A DNA stretch of 64,000 nt from Leptogorgia sarmentosa. Taxonomy: Eukaryota. This document shows, in pieces, positions 24,901 through 39,900 of the stretch. The DNA is taken from contig OZ210884.1 in assembly GCA_964658305.1 (NCBI GenBank), positions 496,001-560,000 on the forward strand, in the 5' to 3' direction. Both the position numbers and the translations under genes were made by a program. Numbering within the stretch: the first letter of the stretch is position 1; each line of letters starts with the position of its first letter. The notes below the pieces were generated by a model, which saw only the letters and a list, made by a program, of their open reading frames with translations, did no database searches and had not been told where the DNA came from.

Positions 24901-27900
24901 CCAAATTTATCCTGCGTATTCCCCACACCAAGGGCAATGTGGAGCGAAAATTTCGTAAACCCGTGATAAAAATACGAGCAAGGGCATGATGATGGGTAAC
25001 CCGTTGTTGCAAAGGAATCTCAACCGGATCAATAGCAAATATACCATACAAGGTGAAGGAACTTGATTGCTTCTGTGGCTTACATTTTGAATGGTGTTGC
25101 CACTAAATTTACCATGCATATTGACCATGCCAACGGCAATGTGCAGCGAAAATTTCGTAAACCTGTGATAAACATTCGAGCAAGAGCATGATGGTGGGTA
25201 ACCCGTTGTTTCAAAGGAATCTCAACAGGAGCAATAGCAAACACACCATACAAGGTGAAGGGACTTGATTGCTTCTGTGGCTTCCATTTTGCATGGTGTT
25301 GCCACCAAATTTACCATGCGTATTCATCATGCGAAGGTCAATGTGCCGCGAAAATGTCGTAAACCTGTGATAGAAATACGAGCAAGGGGATGATGATGAG
25401 TAACCCGTTGTGTCAAAGGAATCTCAACAGGAGCAATTGCAAATATACCATACCAGGTGAAGGGACTTAATTGCTTCTGTGGCTTCCATTTTGAATGGTG
25501 TCGCCACCAAATTTACCATGCGTATTCATCATGCAAAGGTCAGTGTACCTCGAAAATGTCGTAAACCTGTGAAAAAAATACGAGCAAGGGCATGATGATT
25601 GGTTACCCGTTGTTTCAAAGGAATCTCAACAGGAGCAATAGCAAATATACCATACCAGGTGAAGGGACTTGGTTACTTTTGTGGCGTCCATTTTGAATGG
25701 TGTCGCCACCAAATTTATCCTGCGTATTCCCCACACCAAGGGCAATGTGCAGCGAAAATTTCGTAAACCCGTGATAAAAATACGAGCAAGGGCATGATCA
25801 TGGGTAACCCGTTGTTGCAAAAGAATCTCAACCGGAGCAATAGCAAATATACCATACCAGGTGAAGGGACTTAATTGCTTCTGTGGCTTCCCTTTTGAAT
25901 GGTATCGCCACCAAATTTACCCAGCGTATTCATCATGCGAAGCTCAATGTGCCGCCAAAATGTCGTAAACCTGTGATAAAAATACGAGCAAGGGCATGAT
26001 GATGGGTAACCCGTTGTTTCAAAGCAATCTCAACAGGAGCAATAGCAAATATACTATACCAGGTGAAGGGACTTGATTGCTTTTGTGGCGTCCATTTTGA
26101 ATGGTGTCGCCACCACATTTACCATGCGTATTCAACATGTCAGGGGCAATGGGCAGCGAAAATTTTGTAAACCTGTGATAAAAATACCAGCAAGGGCATG
26201 ATGATGGGTAACCGGTTGTTTCAAAGGAATCTCAACAGGAGCAATAGCAAATATACCATACCAGGTGAAGGGACTTGATTGCTTTTGTGGCGTCCATTTT
26301 GAATGGTGTCGCCACCAAATTTACCATGCGTATTCAACATGTCAAGGGCAATGTGCAGCGAAAATTTCGTAAACCCGTGATAAAAATACGAGCAAGGGCA
26401 TGATCATGGGTAACCCGTTGTTGCAAAAGAATCTCAACCGGAGCAATAGCAAATATACCATACAAGGTGAAGGAACTTGATTGCTTCTGTGGCTTCCATT
26501 TTGAATGGTGTTGCCACCAAATTTACCATGCGTATTCACCATGCCAAGGAAATGTGCAGCGAAATTTTCGTAAACCTGTGATAAAAATACGAGCAAGGGC
26601 ATGATGGTGGGTAACCCGTTGTTTCAAAGGAATCTCAACAGGAGCAATAGCAAACATACCATACAAGGTGAAGGGACTTGATTGCTTCTGTGGCTTCTAT
26701 TTTGAATGGTGTCGCCACCAAATTTAGGATGCGTATTCATCATGCAAAGGTCAATGTACCTCGAAAATGTCGTAAACCTGTGATAAACATACGAGCAAGG
26801 GCATGATGGTGGGTAACCCGTTGTTTCAAAGGAATCTCAACAGGAGCAATAGCAAATATACAATACCAGGTGAAGGGACTTGATTGCTTTTGTGGCGCCC
26901 ATTTTGAATGGTGTCGCCACCAAATTTACCATGCGTATTCAACATGCCAAGGGCAATGCGCAGCGAAAATTTTGTAAACATGCGATAAAAATACGAGCAA
27001 GGGCATGATGATGGGTAACCCGTTGTTTCAAAGGAATCTCAACAGGAGCAATAGCAAATATACCATACCAGGTGAAGGGACTTGATTGCTTCTGTGGCGT
27101 CCATTTTGATTGGTGTCGCCACCAAATTTACCCTGCGTATTCCCCTCACCACGGGCACTGCGCAGCAAAAATTTTCGTAAACCTGTGATAAAAATACGAG
27201 CAAGGGCATGATGATGGGTAACCTGTTGTTGCAAAGGAATCTCAACCGGAGCAATAGCAAATATACCATACCAGGTGAAGGGACTTAATTGCTTCTGTGG
27301 CTTCCATTTTGAATGGAGTCGCTACCAAATTTACCCTGCCTATTCCCCACACAAAGGGCAATGTGCAGCGAAAATGTCGTAAACCTGTGATAAAAATACG
27401 AGCAAGGGCATGATGATGGGTAACCCGTTGTTTCAAAAGAATCTCAACAGGAGCAATAGCAAATATACCATACAAGGTGAAGGAACTTGATTGCTTCTGT
27501 CCCTTCCATTTTGAATGGTGTTGCCACCAAATTTACCATGCGTATTCACCATGCCAAGGGCAATGTGCAGCGAAAATTTCGTAAACCTGTGATAAAAATA
27601 CCAGCAAGGGCATGATGGTGGGTAACCCGTTGTTTCAAAAGAATCTCATCAGGAGCAATAGCAAATATACCATACAAGGTGAAGGAACTTGATTGCTTCT
27701 GTCCCTTCCATTTTGAATGGTGTTGCCACCAAATTTACCATGCGTATTCACCATGCCAAGGGCAATGTGCAGCGAAAATTTCGTAAACCTGTGACAGAAA
27801 TGCGTGCAAGGGCATGATGGTGGGTAACCCGTTGTTTCAAAGGAATCTCAAAAGGAACAATAGCAAACATACCATACAATGTGAAGGAACTTGATTGCTT

Positions 27901-30900
27901 CTGTGGCTTACATTTTGAATGGTGTTGCCACTAAATTTACCATGCATATTGACCATGCCAAGGGCAATGTGCAGCGAAAATTTCGTAAACCTGTGATAAA
28001 CATTCGAGCAAGAGCATGATGGTGGGTAACCCGTTGTTTCAAAGAAATCTCAACAGGAGCAATAGCAAACACACCATACCAGGTGAAGGGATTTAATTGC
28101 TTCTGTGGCTTCCATTTTGAATGGTGTCGCCACCAAATTTACCCTGCGTATTCATCATGCGAAGCTCAATGTGCCGCCAAAATGTCGTAAACCTGTGATA
28201 AAAATACGAGCAAGGGCATGATGATGGGTAACCCGTTGTTTCAAAGGAATCTCAACAGGAGCAATAGCAAATATACCATACCAGGTGAAGGGACTTGATT
28301 GCTTTTGTGGCGTCCATTTTGAATGGTGTCGCCACCAAATTTACCCTGCGCATTCCCCTCACCACGGGCACTGCGCAGCAAAAATTTCGTAAACCTGTGA
28401 TAAAAATACCAGCAAGGGAATGATGGTGGGTAACCCGTTGTTTCAAAAGAATCTCAACAGGAGCAATAGCAAATATACCATACAAGGTGAAGGAACTTGA
28501 TTGCTTCTGTCCCTTCCATTTTGAATGGTTTTGCCACCAAATTTACCATGCGTATTCACCATGCCAAGGGAAATGTGCAGCGAAAATTTCGTAAACCTGT
28601 GATAAAAATACCAGCAAGGGCATGATGGTGGGTAACCCGTTGTTTCAAAAGAATCTCATCAGGAGCAATAGCAAATATACCATACAAGGTGAAGGAACTT
28701 GATTGCTTCTGTCCCTTCCATTTTGAATGGTGTTGCCACCAAATTTACCATGCGTATTCACCATGCCAAGGGCAATGTGCAGCGAAAATTTCGTAAACCT
28801 GTGACAGAAATGCGTGCAAGGGCATGATGGTGGGTAACCCGTTGTTTCAAAGGAATCTCAAAAGGAACAATAGCAAACATACCATACAATGTGAAGGAAC
28901 TTGATTGCTTCTGTGGCTTACATTTTGAATGGTGTTGCCACTAAATTTACCATGCATATTGACCATGCCAAGGGCAATGTGCAGCGAAAATTTCGTAAAC
29001 CTGTGATAAACATTCGAGCAAGAGCATGATGGTGGGTAACCCGTTGTTTCAAAGAAATCTCAACAGGAGCAATAGCAAACACACCATACCAGGTGAAGGG
29101 ATTTAATTGCTTCTGTGGCTTCCATTTTGAATGGTGTCGCCACCAAATTTACCCTGCGTATTCATCATGCGAAGCTCAATGTGCCGCCAAAATGTCGTAA
29201 ACCTGTGATAAAAATACGAGCAAGGGCATGATGATGGGTAACCCGTTGTTTCAAAGGAATCTCAACAGGAGCAATAGCAAATATACCATACCAGGTGAAG
29301 GGACTTGATTGCTTTTGTGGCGTCCATTTTGAATGGTGTCGCCACCAAATTTACCCTGCGCATTCCCCTCACCACGGGCACTGCGCAGCAAAAATTTCGT
29401 AAACCTGTGATAAAAATACCAGCAAGGGAATGATGGTGGGTAACCCGTTGTTTCAAAAGAATCTCAACAGGAGCAATAGCAAATATACCATACAAGGTGA
29501 AGGAACTTGATTGCTTCTGTCCCTTCCATTTTGAATGGTGTTGCCACCAAATTTACCATGCGTATTCACCATGCCAAGGGAAATGTGCAGCGAAATTTTC
29601 GTAAACCTGTGATAAAAATACGAGCAAGGGCATGATGGTGGGTAACCCGTTGTTTCAAAGGAATCTCAAAAGGAGCAATAGCAAACATACCATACAATGT
29701 GAAGGAACTTGATTGCTTCTGTGGCTTCCATTTTGAATGGTGTCGCCACCAAATTTACCATGCGTATTCAACATGCAAAGGTCAATGTACCTCGAAAATG
29801 TCGTAAACCAGTGAAAAAAATACGAGCAAGGGCATGATGATGGGTAACCCGTTGTTTCAAAGGAATCTCAACAGGAGCAATAGCAAATATACCATACCAG
29901 GTGAAGGGACTTGATTGCTTTTGTGACGTCCATTTTGAATGGTGTCGCCACCACATTTACCATGCGTATTCAACATGTCAAGGGCAATGGGCAGCGAAAA
30001 TTTTGTAAACCTGTCATAAAAATACCAGCAAGGGCATGATGATGGGTAACCCGTTGTTTCAAAGGAATCTCAACAGGAGCAATAGCAAATATACCATACC
30101 AGATTAAGGGACTTGATTGCTTCTGTGGCGTCCATTTTGATTGGTGTCGCCACCAAATTTACCCTGCGTATTCCCCACACCAAGGGCACTGTGCGGCAAA
30201 AATTTCTTAAACCTGTGATAAAAATACGAGCAAGGGCATGATGATGGGTAACCCGTTGTTTCAAAGGAATCTCAACAGGAGCAATAGCAAATATACCATA
30301 CCAGGTGAAGGGACTTGATTGCTTTTGTGGCGTCCATTTTGAATGGTGTGGCCACCAAATTTACCATGCGTATTCAACATGTCAAGGGCAATGGGCAGCG
30401 AAAATTTTGTAAATCTGTGATAAAAATACGAGCAAGGGCATGATGATGGGTAACCCGTTGTTTCAAAGGAATCTCAACAGGAGCAATAGCAAATATACCA
30501 TACAAGGTGAAGGGACTTGATTGCTTTTGTGGCTTCCATTTTGAATGGTGTCGCCACCAAATTTACCATGCGTATTCATCATGCAAAGGTCAATGTACCT
30601 CGAAAATGTCGTAAACCTGTGAAAAAATACGTGCAAGGGCATGATGATGGGTAACCCGTTGTTTCAAAGGAATCTCAACAGGAGCAATAGCAAATATACC
30701 ATACCAGGTGAAGGGACTTGATTGCTTCTGTGGCGTCCATTTTGAATCGTGTCGCCACCAAATTTATCCTGCGTATTCCCCACACCAAGGGCAATGTACA
30801 GCGAAAATTTCGTAAACCCGTGATGAAAATACGAGCAAGGGCATGATGATGGGTAACCCGTTGTTGCAAAGGAATCTCAACCGGAGCAATAGCGAATATA

Positions 30901-33900
30901 CCATACAAGGTGAAGGAACTTGATTGCTTCTGTGGCTTCCATTTTGAATGGTGTTGCCACTAAATTTTCCATGCATATTGATCATGCCAAGGGCAATGTG
31001 CAGCGAAAATTTCGTAAACCTGTGATAAACATTCGAGCAAGAGCACGATGGTGGGTAACCCGTTGTTTCAAAGGAATCTCAACAGGAGCAATTGCAAACA
31101 CACCATACAAGGTGAAGGGACTTGATTGCTTCTGTGGCTTCCATTTTGCATGGTGTCGCCACCAAATTTACCATGCGTATTCATCATGCGATGGTCAATG
31201 TGCCGCGAAAATGTCGTAAACCTGTGATAGGAATACGAGCAAGGGGATGATGATGAGTAACCCGTTGTTTCAAAGGAATCTCAACAGGAGCAATAGCAAA
31301 TATACCATACCAGGTGAAGGTACTTAATTGCTTCTGTAGCTTCCATTTTGAATGGTGTCGCCACCAAATTTACCCTGCGTATTCATCATGCGAAGCTCAA
31401 TGTGCCGCGAAAATGTCGCAAACCTGTGATAAAAATACGAGCAAGGGGATGATGATGAGTAACCCGTTGTTTCAAAGGAATCTCAACAGGAGCAATAGCA
31501 AATATACCATACCAGGTGAAGGGACTTAATTGCTTCTGTGGCTTCCATTTTGAATGGTGTCGCCACCAAATTTACCCTGCGTATTCATCATGCGAAGCTC
31601 AATGTGCCGCGAAAATGTCGCAAACCTGTGATAAAAATACGAGCAAGGGGATGATGATGAGTAACCCGTTGTTTCAAAGGAATCTCAACAGGAGCAATAG
31701 CAAATATACCATACCAGGTGAAGGGACTTGATTGCTTTTGTGGCGTCCATTTTGAATGGTGTCGCCACCAAATTTAGCATGCGTATTCAACATGTCAAGG
31801 GCAATGGGCAGCGACAATTTTGTAAACCTGTGATAAAAATACGAGCAAGGGCATGATGATGGGTAACCCGTTGTTTCAAAGGAATCTCAATAGGAGCAAT
31901 AGCAAATATACCATACCAGGGTTAGGGACTTAATTGCTTCTGTGGCTTCCATTTTGAATGGTGTCGCTACCACATTTACCCTGTGTATTCCCCACACAAA
32001 GGGCAGTGTGCAGCGAAAATGTCGTAAACCTGTGATAAAAATACGAGCAAGGGCATGATGATGGGTAACCTGTTGTTGCAAAGGAATCTCAACCGGAGCA
32101 ATAGCAAATATACCATACAAGGTGAAGGAACTTGATTGCTTCTGTGGCTTCCATTTTGAATGGTGTTGCCACCACACTTCCCATGCGTATTCACCATGCC
32201 AAGGGCAATGTGCAGCGAAAATTTCGTAAACCTGTGATAAAAATACCAGCAAGGGCATGATGGTGGGTAACCCGTTGTTTCAAAAGAATCTCATCAGGAG
32301 CAATAGCAAATATACCATACAAGGTGAAGGAACTTGATTGCTTCTGTCCCTTCCATTTTGAATGGTGTTGCCACCAAATTTACCATGCGTATTCACCATG
32401 CCAAGGGCAATGTGCAGCGAAAATTTCGTAAACCTGTGACAGAAATGCGTGCAAGGGCATGATGGTGGGTAACCCGTTGTTTCAAAGGAATCTCAAAAGG
32501 AACAATAGCAAACATACCATACAATGTGAAGGAACTTGATTGCTTCTGTGGCTTACATTTTGAATGGTGTTGCCACTAAATTTACCATGCATATTGACCA
32601 TGCCAAGGGCAATGTGCAGCGAAAATTTCGTAAACCTGTGATAAACATTCGAGCAAGAGCATGATGGTGGGTAACCCGTTGTTTCAAAGAAATCTCAACA
32701 GGAGCAATAGCAAACACACCATACCAGGTGAAGGGATTTAATTGCTTCTGTGGCTTCCATTTTGAATGGTGTCGCCACCAAATTTACCCTGCGTATTCAT
32801 CATGCGAAGCTCAATGTGCCGCCAAAATGTCGTAAACCTGTGATAAAAATACGAGCAAGGGCATGATGATGGGTAACCCGTTGTTTCAAAGGAATCTCAA
32901 CAGGAGCAATAGCAAATATACCATACCAGGTGAAGGGACTTGATTGCTTTTGTGGCGTCCATTTTGAATGGTGTCGCCACCAAATTTACTCTGCGCATTC
33001 CCCTCACCACGGGCACTGCGCAGCAAAAATTTCGTAAACCTGTGATAAAAATACCAGCAAGGGAATGATGGTGGGTAACCCGTTGTTTCAAAAGAATCTC
33101 AACAGGAGCAATAGCAAATATACCATACAAGGTGAAGGAACTTGATTGCTTCTGTCCCTTCCATTTTGAATGGTGTTGCCACCAAATTTACCATGCGTAT
33201 TCACCATGCCAAGGGAAATGTTCAGCGAAATTTTCGTAAACCTGTGATAAAAATACGAGCAAGGGCATGATGGTGGGTAACCCGTTGTTTCAAAGGAATC
33301 TCAAAAGGAGCAATAGCAAACATACCATACAATGTGAAGGAACTTGATTGCTTCTGTGGCTTCCATTTTGAATGGTGTCGCCACCAAATTTACCATGCGT
33401 ATTCAACATGCAAAGGTCAATGTACCTCGAAAATGTCGTAAACCAGTGAAAAAAATACGAGCAAGGGCATGATGATGGGTAACCCGTTGTTTCAAAGGAA
33501 TCTCAACAGGAGCAATAGCAAATATACCATACCAGGTGAAGGGACTTGATTGCTTTTGTGACGTCCATTTTGAATGGTGTCGCCACCACATTTACCATGC
33601 GTATTCAACATGTCAAGGGCAATGGGCAGCGAAAATTTTGTAAACCTGTCATAAAAATACCAGCAAGGGCATGATGATGGGTAACCCGTTGTTTCAAAGG
33701 AATCTCAACAGGAGCAATAGCAAATATACCATACCAGATTAAGGGACTTGATTGCTTCTGTGGCGTCCATTTTGATTGGTGTCGCCACCAAATTTACCCT
33801 GCGTATTCCCCACACCAAGGGCACTGTGCGGCAAAAATTTCTTAAACCTGTGATAAAAATACGAGCAAGGGCATGATGATGGGTAACCCGTTGTTTCAAA

Positions 33901-36900
33901 GGAATCTCAACAGGAGCAATAGCAAATATACCATACCAGGTGAAGGGACTTGATTGCTTTTGTGGCGTCCATTTTGAATGGTGTGGCCACCAAATTTACC
34001 ATGCGTATTCAACATGTCAAGGGCAATGGGCAGCGAAAATTTTGTAAATCTGTGATAAAAATACGAGCAAGGGCATGATGATGGGTAACCCGTTGTTTCA
34101 AAGGAATCTCAACAGGAGCAATAGCAAATATACCATACAAGGTGAAGGGACTTGATTGCTTTTGTGGCTTCCATTTTGAATGGTGTCGCCACCAAATTTA
34201 CCATGCGTATTCATCATGCAAAGGTCAATGTACCTCGAAAATGTCGTAAACCTGTGAAAAAATACGTGCAAGGGCATGATGATGGGTAACCCGTTGTTTC
34301 AAAGGAATCTCAACAGGAGCAATAGCAAATATACCATACCAGGTGAAGGGACTTGATTGCTTCTGTGGCGTCTATTTTGAATCGTGTCGCCACCAAATTT
34401 ATCCTGCGTATTCCCCACACCAAGGGCAATGTACAGCGAAAATTTCGTAAACCCGTGATGAAAATACGAGCACGGGCATGATGATGGGTAACCCGTTGTT
34501 GCAAAGGAATCTCAACCGGAGCAATAGCGAATATACCATACAAGGTGAAGGAACTTGATTGCTTCTGTGGCTTCCATTTTGAATGGTGTTGCCACTAAAT
34601 TTGCCATGCATATTGATCATGCCAAGGGCAATGTGCAGCGAAAATTTCGTAAACCTGTGATAAACATTCGAGCAAGAGCACGATGGTGGGTAACCCGTTG
34701 TTTCAAAAGAATCTCAACAGGAGCAATTGCAAACACACCATACAAGGTGAAGGGACTTGATTGCTTCTGTGGCTTCCATTTTGCATGGTGTCGCCACCAA
34801 ATTTACCATGCGTATTCATCATGCGATGGTCAATGTGCCGCGAAAATGTCGTAAACCTGTGATAGGAATACGAGCAAGGGGATGATGATGAGTAACCCGT
34901 TGTTTCAAAGGAATCTCAACAGGAGCAATAGCAAATATACCATACCAGGTGAAGGTACTTAATTGCTTCTGTAGCTTCCACTTTGAATGGTGTCGCCACC
35001 AAATTTAACCTGCGTATTCATCATGCGAAGCTCAATGTGCCGCGAAAATGTCGCAAACCTGTGATAAAAATACGAGCAAGGGGATGATGATGAGTAACCC
35101 GTTGTTTCAAAGGAATCTCAACAGGAGCAATAGCAAATATACCATACCAGGTGAAGGGACTTAATTGCTTCTGTGGCTTCCATTTCGAATGGTGTCGCCA
35201 CCAAATTTACCCTGCGTATTCATCATGCGAAGCTCAATGTGCCGCGAAAATGTCGCAAACCTGTGATAAAAATACGAGCAAGGGGATGATGATGAGTAAC
35301 CCGTTGTTTCAAAGGAATCTCAACAGGAGCAATAGCAAATATACCATACCAGGTGAAGGGACTTGATTGCTTTTGTGGCGTCCATTTTGAATGGTGTCGC
35401 CACCAAATTTAGCATGCGTATTCAACATGTCAAGGGCAATGGGCTGCGACAATTTTGTAAACCTGTGATAAAAATACGAGCAAGGGCATGATGATGGGTA
35501 ACCCGTTGTTTCAAAGGAATCTCAATAGGAGCAATAGCAAATATACCATACCAGGGTTAGGGACTTAATTGCTTCTGTGGCTTCCATTTTGAATGGTGTC
35601 GCTACCACATTTACCCTGTGTATTCCCCACACAAAGGGCAATGTCGAGCGAAAATGTCGTAAACCTGTGATAAAAATACGAGCAAGGGCATGATGATGGG
35701 TAACCCGTTGTTGCAAAGGAATCTCAACCGGAGCAATAGCAAATATACCATACAAGGTGAAGGAACTTGATTGCTTCTGTGGATTCCATTTTGAATGGTG
35801 TTGCCAACACATTTCCCATGCGTATTCACCATGCCAAGGGCAATCTGCAGCGAAAATTTCGTAAACCTGTGATAAAAATACCAGCAAGGGCATGATGGTG
35901 GGTAACCCGTTGTTTCAAAAGAATCTCAACAGGAGCAATAGCAAATATACCATACAAGGTGAAGGAACTTGATTGCTTCTGTGCCTTCCATTTTGAATGG
36001 TGTTGCCACTAAATTTACCATGGGTATTCACCATGCCAAGGGCAATGTGCAGCGAAAATTTCGTAAACCTGTGACAAAAATACGAGCAAGGGCATGATGG
36101 TGGGTAACCCGTTGTTTCAAAGGAAACTCAAAAGGAGCAATAGCAAACATACCATACAATGTGAAGGAACTTGATTGCTTCTGTGGCTTCCATTTTGAAT
36201 GGTGTTGCCACCAAATTTACCATGCGTATTCACGATGCCAAGGGAAATGTGCAGCGAAATTTTCGTAAACCTGTGATAAAAATACGAGCAAGGGCATGAT
36301 GGTGGGTAACCCGTTGTTTCAAAGGAATCTCAACAGGAGCAATAGCAAACATACCATACAAGGTGAAGGGACTTGATTGCTTCTGTGGCTTCCATTTTGA
36401 ATGGTGTCGCCACCAAATTTACCATGCGTATTCATCATGCAAAGGTCAATGTACCTCGAAAATGTCGTAAACCTGTGAAAAAAATACGAGCAAGGGCATG
36501 ATGATGGGTAACCCGTTGTTTCAAAGGAATCTCAACAGGAGCAATAGCGAATATACCATACAAAGTGAAGGAACTTGATTGCTTTTGTGGCGTCCATTTT
36601 GAATGGTGTCGCCACCAAATTTACCATGCGTATTCAACATGCCAAGGGCAATGCGCAGCTAAAATTTTGTAAACATGTGATAAAAATACGAGCAAGGGCA
36701 TGATGATGGGTAACCCGTTATTTCAAAGGAAACTCAACAGGAGCAATAGCAAATATACCATACCAGGTGAAGGGACTTGATTGCTTCTGTGGCGTCCATT
36801 TTGATTGGTGTCGCCACCAAATTTACCCTGCGTATTCCCCACACAAAGGGCAGTGTGCAGCGAAAATGTCGTAAACCTGTAATAATAATACGAGCAAGGG

Positions 36901-39900
36901 CATGATGATGGGTAACCCGTTGTTGCAAAGGAATCTCAACCGGAGCAATAGTAAATATACCATACAAAGTGAAGGAACTTGATTGCTTCTGTGGCTTCCA
37001 TTTTGAATGGTGTTGCCACCACACATCCCATGCGTATTCACCATGCCAAGGGCAATGTGCAGCGAAAATTTCGTAAACCTGTGATAAAAATACCAGCAAG
37101 GGAATGATGGTGGGTAACCCGTTGTTTCAAAGGAATCTCATCAGGAGCAATAGCAAATATACCATACCAGGTGAAGGGACTTAATTGCTTCTGTGGCTTC
37201 CATTTTGAATGGTGTCGCCACCAAATTTACCCTGCGTATTCATCATGCGAAGCTCAATGTGCCGCGAAAATGTCGCAAACCTGTGATAAAAATACGAGCA
37301 AGGGGATGATGATGAGTAACCCGTTGCTTCAAAGGAATCTCAACATGAGCAATAGCAAATATACCATACCAGGTGAAGGGACTTAATTGCTTCTGTGGCT
37401 TCCATTTTGAATGGTGTCGCTACCAAATTTACCCTGCGTATTCCCCACACAAAGGGCAATGCGCAGCGAAAATTTTGTAGACCTGTGATAAAAATACGAG
37501 CAAGGGCATGATGATGGGTAACCCGTTGTTGCAAAGGAATCTCAACCGGAGCAATAGCAAATATACCATACAAGGTGAAGGAACTTGATTGCTTCTGTGG
37601 CTTCCATTTTGAATGGTCTTGCCTCCACGTTTCCCATGCGTATTCACCATGCCAAGGGAAATGTGCAGCGAAAATTTCGTAAACCTGTGATAAAAATACC
37701 AGCAAGGGCATGATGGTGGGTAACCCGTTGTTTCAAAAGAATCTCAACAGGAGCAATAGCAAATATACCATACAAGGTGAAGGAACTTGATTGCTTCTGT
37801 GCCTTCCATTTTGAATGGTGTTGCCACCAAATTTATCCTGCGTATTCCCCACACCAAGGGCAATGTGCAGCGAAACTTTCGTAAACCCGTGATAAAAATA
37901 CGAGCAAGGGCATGATGATGGGTAACCCGTTGTTGCAAAGGAATCTCAACCGGAGCAATAGCGAATATACCATACAAGGTGAAGGAACTTGATTGCTTCT
38001 GTGGCTTCCATTTTGAATGGTGTTGCCACTAAATTTGCCATGCATATTGATCATGCCAAGGGCAATGTGCAGCGAAAATTTCGTAAACCTGTGATAAACA
38101 TTCGAGCAAGAGCATGATGGTGGGTAACCCGTTGTTTCAAAGGAATCTCAACAGGAGCAATAGCAAACACACCATACAAGGTGAAGGGACTTGATTGCTT
38201 CTGTGGCTTCCATTTCGCATGGTGTCGCCACCAAATTTACCATGCGTATTCATCATGCGAAGGTCAATGTGCCGCGAAAATGTCGTAAACCTGTGATAGG
38301 AATACGAGCAAGGGGATGATGATGAATAACCCGTTGTTTCAAAGGAATCTCATCAGGAGCAATAGCAAATATACCATACCAGGTGAAGGGACTTAATTGC
38401 TTCTGTGGCTTCCATTTTGAATGGTGTCGCCACCAAATTTACCCTGCGTATTCATCATGCGAAGCTCAATGTGCCGCGAAAATGTCGCAAACCTGTGATA
38501 AAAATACGAGCAAGGGGATGATGATGGGTAACCCGTTGTTGCAAAGGAATCTCAACCGGAGCAATAGCAAATATACCATACAAGGTGAAGGAACTTGATT
38601 GCTTCTGTGGCTTCCATTTTGAATGGTCTTGCCACCACGTTTCCCATGCGTATTCACCATGCCAAGGGAAATGTGCAGCGAAAATTTCGTAAACCTGTGA
38701 TAAAAATACCAGCAAGGGCATGATGGTGGGTAACCCGTTGTTTCAAAAGAATCTCAACAGGAGCAATAGCAAATATACCATACAAGGTGAAGGAACTTGA
38801 TTGCTTCTGTGCCTTCCATTTTGAATGGTGTTGCCACCAAATTTACCATGGGTATTCACCATGCCAAGGGCAATGTGCAGCGAAAATTTCGTAAACCTGT
38901 GACAAAAATACGAGCAAGGGCATGATGGTGGGTAACCCGTTGTTTCAAAGGAAACTCAAAAGGAGCAATAGCAAACATACCATACAATGTGAAGGAACTT
39001 GATTGCTTCCGTGGCTTCCATGTTGAATGGTGTTGCCACCAAATTTACCATGCGTATTCACCATGCCAAGGGAAATGTGCAGCGAAATTTTCGTAAACCT
39101 GTGATAAAAATACCAGCAAGGGCATGATGGTGGGTAACCCGTTGTTTCAAAGGAATCTCAACAGGAGCAATAGCAAACATACCATACAAGGTGAAGGGAC
39201 GTGATTGCTTCTGTGGCTTCCATTTTGAATGGTGTCGCCACCAAATTTACCATGCGTATTCATCATGCAAAGGTCAATGTACCTCGAAAATGTCGTAAAC
39301 CTGTGAAAAAAATACGAGCAAGGGCATGATGATGGGTAACCCGTTGTTTCAAAGGAATCTCAACAGAAGCAATAGCGAATATACCATACAAGGTGAAGGA
39401 ACTTGATTGCTTTTGTGGCGTCCATTTTGAATGGTGTCGCCACCAAATTTACCATGTGCATTCAACATGTCAAGGGCAATGGGCAGCGAAAAGTTTGTAA
39501 ACCTGTGATAAAAATACGAGCAAGGGCATGATGATGGGTAACCTGTTGTTGCAAAGGAATCTCAACCGGAGCAATAGCAAATATACCATACCAGGTGAAG
39601 GGACTTAATTGCTTCTGTGGCTTCCATTTTGAATGGTGTCGCTACCAAATTTACCCTGCCTATTCCCCACACCAAGGGCAATGTACAGCGAAAATTTCGT
39701 AAACCCGTGATAAAAATACGAGCAAGGGCATGATGATGGGTAACCCGTTGTTTCAAAGGAATCTCAACAGGAGCAATAGCAAATATACCATACAAGGTGA
39801 AGGAACTTGATTGCTTCTGTGCCTTCCATTTTGAATGGTGTTGCCACCAAATTTACCATGCGTATTCACCATGCCAAGGGCAATGTGCAGCGAAAATTTC

